Source: Candidatus Latescibacterota bacterium
GTDB lineage: Bacteria > Latescibacterota > UBA2968 > UBA8231
NCBI GenBank assembly: GCA_965242865.1
Contig: CBDETK010000013.1
Span: 896,001-960,000, forward strand
DNA: 64,000 nt
Direction: 5' to 3'
In this document: positions 28,289 to 36,512 of the stretch, in pieces
Layout of the letters: every line of letters begins with the position of its first letter
How positions within the stretch are numbered: position 1 is the first letter of the stretch
Position numbers and translations under genes: made by a program
Notes under the pieces: generated by a model
Database searches by the model: none
Seen by the model: the letters and a program-made list of their open reading frames with translations, nothing else
Told to the model about the DNA's origin: nothing

Positions 28289-30035
28289 TATTATTCGCGT
28301 TCTCGACGAAAATCTGGTTGGAAAAATCGCCGCTGGTGAAGTCGTGGAACGGCCGGCCTCGGTCGTGAAGGAATTGGTCGAAAACTCAATTGATGCGGGG
28401 GCTACAAAAATCCGCGTGGAGATCAAGGCCGGCGGCAAGCAGTTGATTGCGGTGACCGACGATGGCTCGGGCATGACCCGGGAGGATATCGCCTTGTGTG
28501 TGCGCCGGCATGCCACGAGCAAGATGGCCTCGGCGGCCGACCTGTTCTGCATTCAGACGCTGGGCTTTCGCGGCGAAGCCCTAGCCAGCATTGGTGCGGT
28601 CGCTCAGTTGGCCATTGAATCGCGCACCCCGCAAGACGAGGTGGGGACGCGCTTGGTCGTGGAAGGAGGGATAGAGCGCGAGATGCACAGCATGGGACGG
28701 GCGCACGGCACGACCATTGTGGTAAAGAACCTGTTTTTTAATACGCCGGCGCGGCGCAAATTCCTCCGGTCCATCAATGCGGAAGCCCGCCACGTGGCCC
28801 AGACCGTCATCCACTTAGCGGCTGGCTACCCGGCCCTTGGCTTTGAACTAGCACACCAAGACCGCCCGGTCTTGAACTACGCCCCGGCCTCTCGGCGAGC
28901 GCGGGCGGCCGAGTTGCTGGGCTTTCCAGCCGCCGAACTGTTGGAGTTGGCGCACGAGGAGGAGGGTCTCAAAATCGAAGGGGTCTTGGCCGGTCCCGAG
29001 CGCTGCGGCCCCAGCAAGGGCAAGCAATATCTCATTGTACAGGGACGGCCCATTGCTTCGCGGCTGATGACCCGTGCGGTACAGCGGTGTTTTGAGGGCC
29101 TGCTGCCCGAAGGACACCATCCGGTATTCATGCTCTGGATCGATATGGATCCCAAGAAAATCGACGTCAATGTCCACCCGACCAAGCGGGAGATTCGCTT
29201 GGCCAACGAGGGGCAGGTCGTCGCGGCCATTGAAACTAGCGTCCGGCACAGCTTGCGCCTGCCCGAGGTGCAATCCTTTGTCTATGCTCCTCCGCGCTCC
29301 AGCGAGACCGGCCGCGATGAGGGCAGCGAGCCGGTCGCGGTCCGCGTGGGCGAGCCAGCGTCACCAGTGCTGCACACCCTGCCCGCGTCCGGCCCCCCGG
29401 AGGCAACTGCCGGCGACCAACTCGCGATGACCTTTGTCGCCCCGGGCGAGGCCAAAGTCGCTGTCGCCGCAGACGCTGCGATGTGGCAGGTTCACAATCA
29501 GTACATCCTCGTCGAGGTGGCCGATGGCTTGCTTTTTGTCGATCAGCAGGCCGCGCACGAGCGCATCCACTACGACCGGGCCATGGCGCAGCTCGATGGC
29601 GCGACCGGGGAAAGCCAGCAGTTGCTCTTTCCCATCCAGCTAGAAATGGGGGCCGCGGATTTCGAGGTCTTCAACCAAGTGCGGGATGACATTGCCAAGC
29701 TGGGCTTTGTCGTGCGGGACTTTGGGGCGCGGACGGTGTTGGTGGAAGCTGTTCCTGCGGCCTTGGATCGCTTTGGCGAGGGCGACGCTTTTTATCAGCT
29801 CTTGAACGACGTGCGCGATGGCCAGCATTCGGGGCACGCTTGGCGCGAAGCCCTCGTCTTAGCTTATGCGCGCAAGGCGAGTATCGAGAAGGGGCAACGC
29901 CTGAATGCCGAGGCGCAGGCGCATTTGATCAGGGCACTGCTCCAAGTGGAGCGGCCGCACGTAAGCCCGACGGACAAGCCGATTATGGCGCGGATGAAGT
30001 TGAGCGATATGGAGCGGCTGCTACGGAAGTTCTAA
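28281..30035 (+). CDS. mutL: DNA mismatch repair protein MutL
   Basis: IAAGEVVERPASVVKELVENSIDAGA, GFRGEAL, DVNVHPTKRE, DQQAAHER. Confidence 0.97.
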   Translation: MASIIRVLDENLVGKIAAGEVVERPASVVKELVENSIDAGATKIRVEIKAGGKQLIAVTDDGSGMTREDIALCVRRHATSKMASAADLFCIQTLGFRGEALASIGAVAQLAIESRTPQDEVGTRLVVEGGIEREMHSMGRAHGTTIVVKNLFFNTPARRKFLRSINAEARHVAQTVIHLAAGYPALGFELAHQDRPVLNYAPASRRARAAELLGFPAAELLELAHEEEGLKIEGVLAGPERCGPSKGKQYLIVQGRPIASRLMTRAVQRCFEGLLPEGHHPVFMLWIDMDPKKIDVNVHPTKREIRLANEGQVVAAIETSVRHSLRLPEVQSFVYAPPRSSETGRDEGSEPVAVRVGEPASPVLHTLPASGPPEATAGDQLAMTFVAPGEAKVAVAADAAMWQVHNQYILVEVADGLLFVDQQAAHERIHYDRAMAQLDGATGESQQLLFPIQLEMGAADFEVFNQVRDDIAKLGFVVRDFGARTVLVEAVPAALDRFGEGDAFYQLLNDVRDGQHSGHAWREALVLAYARKASIEKGQRLNAEAQAHLIRALLQVERPHVSPTDKPIMARMKLSDMERLLRKF

Positions 30036-30169
30036 AGCTGAGCGCAGATCGGCTATCGGCTTACTACACGACACCAGCGACCCGCCGGAGGGTAGGACGC
30101 CCTCCAGCGGGAGCATTGGAACAACACACGTAGGTCTATGTGCTATCGGCGTCGGGGACGCCGTCCCCG

Positions 30170-31111
30170 TTACTGTCTGTCGGGCAGGTCAGGGTCAGGT
30201 GGGACTGGCTTTGACGCTACGACGCGCCTTGCGCCAGGTCTTGCTTCCAAGGCACGGATTGCGGCTCTTGATGCTTCGGAGAGGGGACAACCAGAAATCG
30301 ATATAAGTTTCAAGCTGGGCAGCTTGCCCGGCAGGCCGAAGTCACTCAAATCCGAAACCTTGCACTCGGAGCTATGCATCTTCAGCGTATCCAAGTTGGC
30401 CAGATTGGCCAATGAATTCACATTCGTAAGATCGGGGTTGCCAGACAGCCTCAGATATTGCAAGTTGGTCAAACTGGCCAGCGGAGTCACATCCGAAATC
30501 GAGTTTGCGCCCAATGTCAACCTTTGCAAGTTGGTCAAACTGGCCAGCGGAGTCACATCCGAAATCGAGTTTACGTTCAGCCTCAGGACTCGCAAGTTGG
30601 TTAAACTTCTCAACGGACTTACATCCGAAATCGAGTTCACGGCCAGCCACAGAGAGTCCAAATTCGTAGCGTGTTGGAGGCCGTCCAAGCTCCCAATGTT
30701 TTTATTTTTTGCGTTGAGCACGGTCAGGGTAGCCAGATCCGTCACTCTAAGGGGCGGCACGGTAGGGTCCGTCAAGCTGCTGGTGGGGTCCCCCCCCACC
30801 TGGGCCCCTAGTGCTGTCCGCACCGCACGCTCCAGACTGGAGTCGGCGAACGTAACGTAGGTCGGTGTGCTATCGGCGTCGGGGATGCCGTCCCCGTCCG
30901 AATCGGTGGCGGTCTGGGTACTGTCGGCGTCGGGTATGCCGTCCCCATCAGAATCGGCGGCAGTCTGGGTGCTGTCTGGACAGGTCAGGGTCAGGTGGGC
31001 TTTGCCGGCCGGATGGGGGGCAACCGGCGCGGAGTCGGCGCATCCCATCCAAGCGGCGATGAATCCCAACAGGGCGAAGCCGAGCAGGGTTTTTATGGGG
31101 TTCAACATCAT
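30170..31111 (-). CDS. Internalin-like leucine-rich-repeat lipoprotein 2 with two DSDGDGIPD motifs
   Basis: Paralog of LRR1; mostly 22-aa LRRs; AGGAGG upstream of ATG 31111. Confidence 0.9.
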   Translation of the reverse strand: MMLNPIKTLLGFALLGFIAAWMGCADSAPVAPHPAGKAHLTLTCPDSTQTAADSDGDGIPDADSTQTATDSDGDGIPDADSTPTYVTFADSSLERAVRTALGAQVGGDPTSSLTDPTVPPLRVTDLATLTVLNAKNKNIGSLDGLQHATNLDSLWLAVNSISDVSPLRSLTNLRVLRLNVNSISDVTPLASLTNLQRLTLGANSISDVTPLASLTNLQYLRLSGNPDLTNVNSLANLANLDTLKMHSSECKVSDLSDFGLPGKLPSLKLISISGCPLSEASRAAIRALEARPGARRVVASKPVPPDPDLPDRQ

Positions 31112-31156
31112 TTTTTCTCTCCTCCTTATTTGGTTTATAGGCCGTGGTATCTCCAC

Positions 31157-31173
31157 TGCCCGTTATCGGTAGT
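31157..31173. repeat. Left inverted repeat TGCCCGTTATCGGTAGT upstream of LRR2
   Basis: Exact reverse complement of 31346-31362. Confidence 0.88.
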
Positions 31174-31320
31174 TACTTGAAGGGGTGAATAGTGGAGGCG
31201 AGGTCTGGTGGGCTTTGATTCCGGTCTGGTAGTCTCTGATTCCATCAGACCGGAAAGCATCCTGCAGTTAATCAGCAATTGGACGTTCAGTCTTTTTATG
31301 AGAGAACTGAAATTTCGTCC

Positions 31321-31348
31321 TTGACTTTTATTTTTTACAACCTATACT
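31321..31348 (+). promoter_or_regulatory. Sigma70-like promoter TTGACT-16 bp-TATACT
   Basis: Near-consensus hexamers pointing to the recombinase; -10 overlaps the palindromic site. Confidence 0.7.
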
Positions 31349-31376
31349 ACCGATAACGGGCATTATCGGTAGTATA
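31343..31376. other. Perfect palindromic tyrosine-recombinase-type site TATACTACCGATAA-CGGGCA-TTATCGGTAGTATA
   Basis: 14-bp arms, 6-bp asymmetric spacer, ATAA-N6-TTAT core; ~110 bp upstream of the recombinase. Confidence 0.85.
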
Positions 31377-31486
31377 AAAACTAGGCGAAGCCCTCGCAAA
31401 ACGCGGCGGCAAAATGCCGCGGTGTTCGCTATATTTATTTTATTCTTTAGCCACTGTTAAGAACATCGCGGATATTTATCCATTTA

Positions 31487-32467
31487 ATGAGTGAGACGAT
31501 CAAACCAATCGTCCGCCGACTGACGCCAACGCCCGCGTTGGTTGCGGACGACCCCCTCGAACAATTTCTCAGCGGCCAGCTCAGCGAGCGCACTCGGCGT
31601 GCGTACTACGCCGACCTCCAGCACTTTTTTGCATCCATCGGCATGGAACTCGCAGACGTCTCCCTCGCCATCTTACGCACGATCACCTTTGAACACGTAG
31701 TCGCCTTTAGAAACCAACTCGCCAGCGAAGGCTACAAGCGCAGCAGCATCAATAGAAAATTGTCCAGCCTGAAGTCGTTGTTCAAGATGTTGGTCGCCTT
31801 GGGCCACATTGGGAAAAATCCGGCCGACTCCGCCTTGGTGCGCGGCTACAGATTGGACGAAACGCTGGTTGGCAAAGCACTTTCCAATGAGGTGTTGAAC
31901 AGACTACAGCAAGCCATTGCCGAGGAAGAAAACGACTTAGTCCGTACGCGCGATGCGGCCATGTTCCATTTGCTCATGTTCGGCGGGCTGCGCCGATCCG
32001 AAGTGGCGGGCGTCGCTTGGGAGGATATATCCTTGGAAGGCGTCTTTCACATTCTGCGCCTGCCCGATACGAAATCGGGCGTGACGCAGGAGATCAAACT
32101 GCAAAACATCGTCTTACATCATCTCGAACTATACAAACAACAGCTACAGAACGCGGGTTGGCCGACGACCGGCAAGGTCTTTATCAGCCTGTCGCGCAAC
32201 CAGTCTCGCGGCCAGCCCCTGACCGACCAGTCGGTAAATCACATCGTCAAGAAGTACGCCCGGCGCACCGGCCTCCCCCAAAACGTCACCGCGCACATGT
32301 TTCGCCATACATGCTGCACCCTAGCGATTGAAGGCGGCGCCAAGCCCCAGCAAGTGCAGGCCCACCTGCGCCACAAGGACCTAAAGACGACCATGCGCTA
32401 CTACGAAAACCGCGAAAAGCTGCTCGACAATGCGTCGGATTATATTAGGATGGGTATGGGTAGTTGA
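31487..32467 (+). CDS. Xer-like tyrosine recombinase
   Basis: TRRAYYADL N-domain, GLRRSE, TKSG, HMFRH, LRH...TTMRY; catalytic residues intact. Confidence 0.95.
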   Translation: MSETIKPIVRRLTPTPALVADDPLEQFLSGQLSERTRRAYYADLQHFFASIGMELADVSLAILRTITFEHVVAFRNQLASEGYKRSSINRKLSSLKSLFKMLVALGHIGKNPADSALVRGYRLDETLVGKALSNEVLNRLQQAIAEEENDLVRTRDAAMFHLLMFGGLRRSEVAGVAWEDISLEGVFHILRLPDTKSGVTQEIKLQNIVLHHLELYKQQLQNAGWPTTGKVFISLSRNQSRGQPLTDQSVNHIVKKYARRTGLPQNVTAHMFRHTCCTLAIEGGAKPQQVQAHLRHKDLKTTMRYYENREKLLDNASDYIRMGMGS

Positions 32468-32545
32468 GCTACCCGGATACACCCCCCGCTATCAGCTTTA
32501 GAACTCCCGCAACAGCCGCCTTATTTGTGTTTTGCTTTATTTTTT

Positions 32546-32573
32546 TGTTTACATAATATATTTTATAAGACAT
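32546..32573 (-). repeat. dif-like site D (best candidate for chromosomal dif): ATGTCTTATAA-AATATA-TTATGTAAACA
   Basis: Spacer plus right arm 15/17 identical to B. subtilis dif TATATA-TTATGTAAACT; intergenic at the gene-orientation switch. Confidence 0.8.
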
Positions 32574-32618
32574 CATATTACGGATATTGCAGATTGAGGT
32601 GTGTTGTGACCTCTCGTG

Positions 32619-33560
32619 TCACTCGGCGATATCCAAGTGCCGCTGAAAGGTCGCCAGATCGGCTGCTTGCACTGCCATGCGATGCAACTGCTTGAGCCGG
32701 TGCAAATCGTGAATCGCGGCAATGCGGGCGGCCAACGAATGGGCGGAGGCCGCCCCAAAGCGAATCTCCAACACGTCGAGAATATCTTCAATGGCGCGGT
32801 TGCGGCCCCCCTGCTCAATGCCCTGCTCAATGCCCTGCTCAATGCCCTGCTCAATGCCCTGCTCAATGCCCTGTTGGGTGAGGTGTTGAGCAAAGGATGA
32901 TTCGCGCATGATTGCGTCCATAAGACCCTCCTGGGAAATAATACGCTGAATGGTGGTCCACTCGTAAGCCAACCCACTCAGTATCGCCAAGCCGCCCAAA
33001 AAGTCAACCTTGACGGCCGGATCCAATGGCATCGCCTGGGTTGCCTGAATGCACTGGCGCAACCACGCTTCCGAGGCCATGCCGGCCGGCGGTTTCATCA
33101 AGGGCGTGAAAGGAAGCAAACCCGACGGACCGGCGCGGACAACCGCTTGTCCCTCGATTTCGCTCAACCGAATGACCTTGTATTGCACCAAGATGCAGTG
33201 GCCGGGCAGGTCTTGGGCGTAGTAGCCCGGATCGCGCCGCCCGGCTTGGGGCCGTAGGTAAATCACGCTGGAATAGACCGGCTGGCGATGTTGTTCAATG
33301 GCGCGGATGATATAGCTGGCCATGCGGAGCGGCATGGGCGGGTCGGTGCGGTCGGTGGTTTGAAACTCGTGATGGACCAACGCCTCTTCACCGGCGATTT
33401 GGGCGCGCATGAGGCTATCGGTTTGGTGGGTTTCGACGGTGGATTGCTCTGGGTTGATGACTTCGCAGGCCGCCACATCGTCTCGTTGGAGGGCGAAGCG
33501 GACGAAGTCGGCGGGATAGGCTTGGATCAGGTGTTTGGAAATGGTATCGTATTCGGCCAT
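32619..33560 (-). CDS. Rpn/YhgA-like PD-(D/E)xK nuclease (putative transposase family)
   Basis: YDTISKHL, TDSL..HEFQ, RMASY, QGIE repeats, LEIRFG tail. Confidence 0.85.
   Translation of the reverse strand: MAEYDTISKHLIQAYPADFVRFALQRDDVAACEVINPEQSTVETHQTDSLMRAQIAGEEALVHHEFQTTDRTDPPMPLRMASYIIRAIEQHRQPVYSSVIYLRPQAGRRDPGYYAQDLPGHCILVQYKVIRLSEIEGQAVVRAGPSGLLPFTPLMKPPAGMASEAWLRQCIQATQAMPLDPAVKVDFLGGLAILSGLAYEWTTIQRIISQEGLMDAIMRESSFAQHLTQQGIEQGIEQGIEQGIEQGIEQGGRNRAIEDILDVLEIRFGAASAHSLAARIAAIHDLHRLKQLHRMAVQAADLATFQRHLDIAE
32809..32873. repeat. 12-bp tandem repeat CCCTGCTCAATG x5 (QGIE)
   Basis: Direct reading. Confidence 0.95.
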
Positions 33561-33568
33561 AACAATTC

Positions 33569-36493
33569 CTACACCACAATATTGACGATCTTATTCGGCA
33601 CCCAGATAAATCGCTTTATCGCCGCTTCATCGGCCACGTACCGCTGGATGCTCTCCATGGCGAGCACCAAGGATTTTATCTCTTCCTCGCCGGTGTGGAC
33701 CGGCACTTCGACTTGTCCGCGCATTTTGCCATTGACCTGAATGGGTACTACGATCAAGTCCTCGGCGGCCTTTGCTGCATCCCACCGCGGCCAACTCTGA
33801 CGACTGAGGCCCTCCGCCTCCTCTGCCCCCAAGCCGGCCAACTCCCATAGCTCCTCGGCAAGGTGCGGCGCAAAGGGCGCGAGCAAGAGCAAGAAGGGCT
33901 TGGCGACGGCCTGCGGCACCTCGTCTAAGGACACCAACAAGTTGTTTAGCTCGATCAAGGCGGCAATGGCCGTGTTAAACCGCAGCCCCTCTATGTCCTC
34001 GGTCACCTTTTGGATGGTTTGGTGCAGCTTTCTTTCCAAGTCCGGGGTCAGTGCCGTGCTCGTCCCTATTTTTATGCGTCGCTCTGAATCGACGAAGTTG
34101 CGCCAAACCCGCTGCAAAAAACGCTGCATCCCGCGGATGCCTTCCATGCTCCACGGCGCACTCGCTTCGAGCGGCCCCATGTACATTTCGTACAGCCGCA
34201 GGGTATCCACGCCAAATTCCTCGCCGACTTCTTCGGGTGGCAACCCGTTTTTATAGCGTTTGCCCATCTTGCCGAAGGACCGGTGCAGCCGCTTCCCCGT
34301 CCCCTTCTCAACAGGCTCCCCGTCGTGGAACTCGACCTCGCGGATGTCGATATACACGCCGCGATCGTCTTGGAAAGCATCGGCCGTCATCATGCCTTGA
34401 TTGAACAGCTTCTTAAACGGCTCGGGCGTAGATACGTGGCCCAAGTCGTAGAGGGCCTTGTGCCAAAACCGGGCGTAGAGCAAGTGCAACACCGCGTGTT
34501 CAGCACCGCCGATGTACAGATCGACCGGCATGAAGTAGCCTTCCTTGGCCGGGTCGCAGAAGGCTTCTTCGTTGTGTGGGTCGATAAAGCGGAGATAGTA
34601 CCAGCACGAACCAGCCCATTGGGGCATGACGTTGAGTTCGCGCTGGCAGGCCACCCCGTCAATTGCTACAGTCGTCCATTCCGCGCCAGCCCGGTGCAGC
34701 GGCGGCGACACGGGTTGCGCGGGATCGTCCGAGGTCTCCGGCCTGAAATCCTTTAGGTCCGGCAGCACCACCGGAGGGCCGGCCGCGACCGAATATCCGT
34801 CGGGATGCGTGGCCAGTGGAAAGGGTTCGCCCCAATAGCGCTGCCGCGCAAAGGTCCAGTCGCGCAGCTTGTAGTGTACCGCGGCTTGGCCGCGCCTGTG
34901 GGCTTCTAGAGCGGCGACAATTTGGGCTTTGGCCGCGGCGGATGCCAAGCCGTTAATGGCATAAAAATTATCGCCGGCCGCTGGAACAGGAGGCGAATGG
35001 ATCGCGGTTCCCTCGCCAGCATACCACCCGGTCTGGCCAGCACCAGCCAGCGGAAGCACGGCCCCGCCTTCCTCTTCGGCCACCACGCGCACGATGTCCA
35101 AGCTATACGCGGTGGCAAAGGCAAAGTCGCGCTCGTCGTGGGCCGGCACGGCCATGATGGCCCCCGCGCCGTAGTCCATGCTGACGTAGTCCGCGACAAA
35201 GATGGGGATTTTTTGCTCATTGACTGGATTGCGGGCGTAGATGCCGGAGAAAATCCCGGTTTTTTCCTTGGTCTCATCGGCGGTGGCGACGGCAGCCTGA
35301 GCTACGTACTCGGCGACGGCTTCCCGGATGGAGGCTCCGCTCCCCTTCCACTGCGCCGGCGTCCCCTCGGGCCAAGCACTCGGAACCAAGTAGGATTCTG
35401 ACGCGGGATCGACCAGCGGATGCAGCGGAGCAATGGCCATAAAGGTCGCGCCAAAGAGCGTGTCGGGCCGGGTCGTGAACACGGGCAACGGCTCGACGAC
35501 CGCGTCGCTTTGCGAATCGAGGACATCGAAATGCACTTCCGCCCCTTCGCTGCGGCCGATCCAATTGCGCTGCATCCGCTTGATGGGTTCGGGCCAATCG
35601 AGGCAAAAGGGCGCGCCGTGGCGGTCCTCCAGCTCGGCGTCCAAATCCGCCAAGAGCCGCTCGGCGTAGGCTGTGATGCGCATCGTCCACTGCCGCAATG
35701 GCTTGCGATAGACCGGGAAATCGCCCCGCTCGCTGCGGCCTTCGTTGGTCACCTCCTCGTTGGCCAACACAGTGCCCAAGCGAGGGCACCAGTTGACGAC
35801 GGCCTCTTGCTGGTACGCCAAGCGGTAGTTGTTCAACACGGCTTGCCGTTCCACCGCGGTGAGGGCCGCCCAGTCGGCCTCCGAGTGGAGCGTTTGGCGG
35901 TCGGCGGGCGACAAGGCCCGGCCGGCCGCAAATTGGGCCTCTAAGTCGGCGAGAGGCTTGGCCCGCCCCTGTATGAGGCGTCCTTGGCTGTCTTCCCAAG
36001 TATCGTCTTCGTCGAAATAGCTATTGAAGAGTTGGGCAAAAATCCACTGGGTCCAGCGGTAGTACGACACCTGCGAGGTGACCACTTCGCGCTCCCAGTC
36101 AAACGACAGCCCGAGAAACTGCAACTGGCCGCGCATGGCCGCGATATTCTGCTCGGTAACGGTCGCGGGATGGATGTTGTGTTCGATGGCGTATTGCTCG
36201 GCCGGCAACCCAAAACTGTCGAACCCCATCGGGTGCAGGACGTTAAAGCCCTGCATCCTTTTGTAGCGGCTGTAGATGTCGCTGGCGATGTACCCTTTGG
36301 GATGGCCGATGTGCAACCCCGCGCCGCTGGGATAGGGAAACATATCGAGGATGTAGCACTTGGGTTTGCTGCCGTCAAACCCGGGATCGCCCGGTCCCCG
36401 CGTTTGATAGGTCTGCTCCCGCTGCCAATGGGACCGCCATTTGGCCTCGATGGTTTGGAAGTTGTACTGGTTTGTTTTCTCTTTGGTTGACAT
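33569..36493 (-). CDS. leuS: Leucine--tRNA ligase
   Basis: MFPYPSGAGLHIGH, GFDSFGLPAE, FTTRPDT, KMGKR (KMSKS variant); ATG 36493 after GGAG. Confidence 0.97.
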   Translation of the reverse strand: MSTKEKTNQYNFQTIEAKWRSHWQREQTYQTRGPGDPGFDGSKPKCYILDMFPYPSGAGLHIGHPKGYIASDIYSRYKRMQGFNVLHPMGFDSFGLPAEQYAIEHNIHPATVTEQNIAAMRGQLQFLGLSFDWEREVVTSQVSYYRWTQWIFAQLFNSYFDEDDTWEDSQGRLIQGRAKPLADLEAQFAAGRALSPADRQTLHSEADWAALTAVERQAVLNNYRLAYQQEAVVNWCPRLGTVLANEEVTNEGRSERGDFPVYRKPLRQWTMRITAYAERLLADLDAELEDRHGAPFCLDWPEPIKRMQRNWIGRSEGAEVHFDVLDSQSDAVVEPLPVFTTRPDTLFGATFMAIAPLHPLVDPASESYLVPSAWPEGTPAQWKGSGASIREAVAEYVAQAAVATADETKEKTGIFSGIYARNPVNEQKIPIFVADYVSMDYGAGAIMAVPAHDERDFAFATAYSLDIVRVVAEEEGGAVLPLAGAGQTGWYAGEGTAIHSPPVPAAGDNFYAINGLASAAAKAQIVAALEAHRRGQAAVHYKLRDWTFARQRYWGEPFPLATHPDGYSVAAGPPVVLPDLKDFRPETSDDPAQPVSPPLHRAGAEWTTVAIDGVACQRELNVMPQWAGSCWYYLRFIDPHNEEAFCDPAKEGYFMPVDLYIGGAEHAVLHLLYARFWHKALYDLGHVSTPEPFKKLFNQGMMTADAFQDDRGVYIDIREVEFHDGEPVEKGTGKRLHRSFGKMGKRYKNGLPPEEVGEEFGVDTLRLYEMYMGPLEASAPWSMEGIRGMQRFLQRVWRNFVDSERRIKIGTSTALTPDLERKLHQTIQKVTEDIEGLRFNTAIAALIELNNLLVSLDEVPQAVAKPFLLLLAPFAPHLAEELWELAGLGAEEAEGLSRQSWPRWDAAKAAEDLIVVPIQVNGKMRGQVEVPVHTGEEEIKSLVLAMESIQRYVADEAAIKRFIWVPNKIVNIVV

Positions 36494-36512
36494 AAAACTC
36501 CTTATAAGACAT
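36485..36512 (-). repeat. dif-like site E: ATGTCTTATAA-GGAGTT-TTATGTCAACC
   Basis: Spacer holds the leuS SD and the right arm holds the leuS ATG. Confidence 0.72.

Noticed and set aside
27137-31111. Diversity-generating retroelement acting on the LRR paralogs
   Set aside because: No reverse transcriptase in the window, and differences include indels rather than adenine-specific changes.
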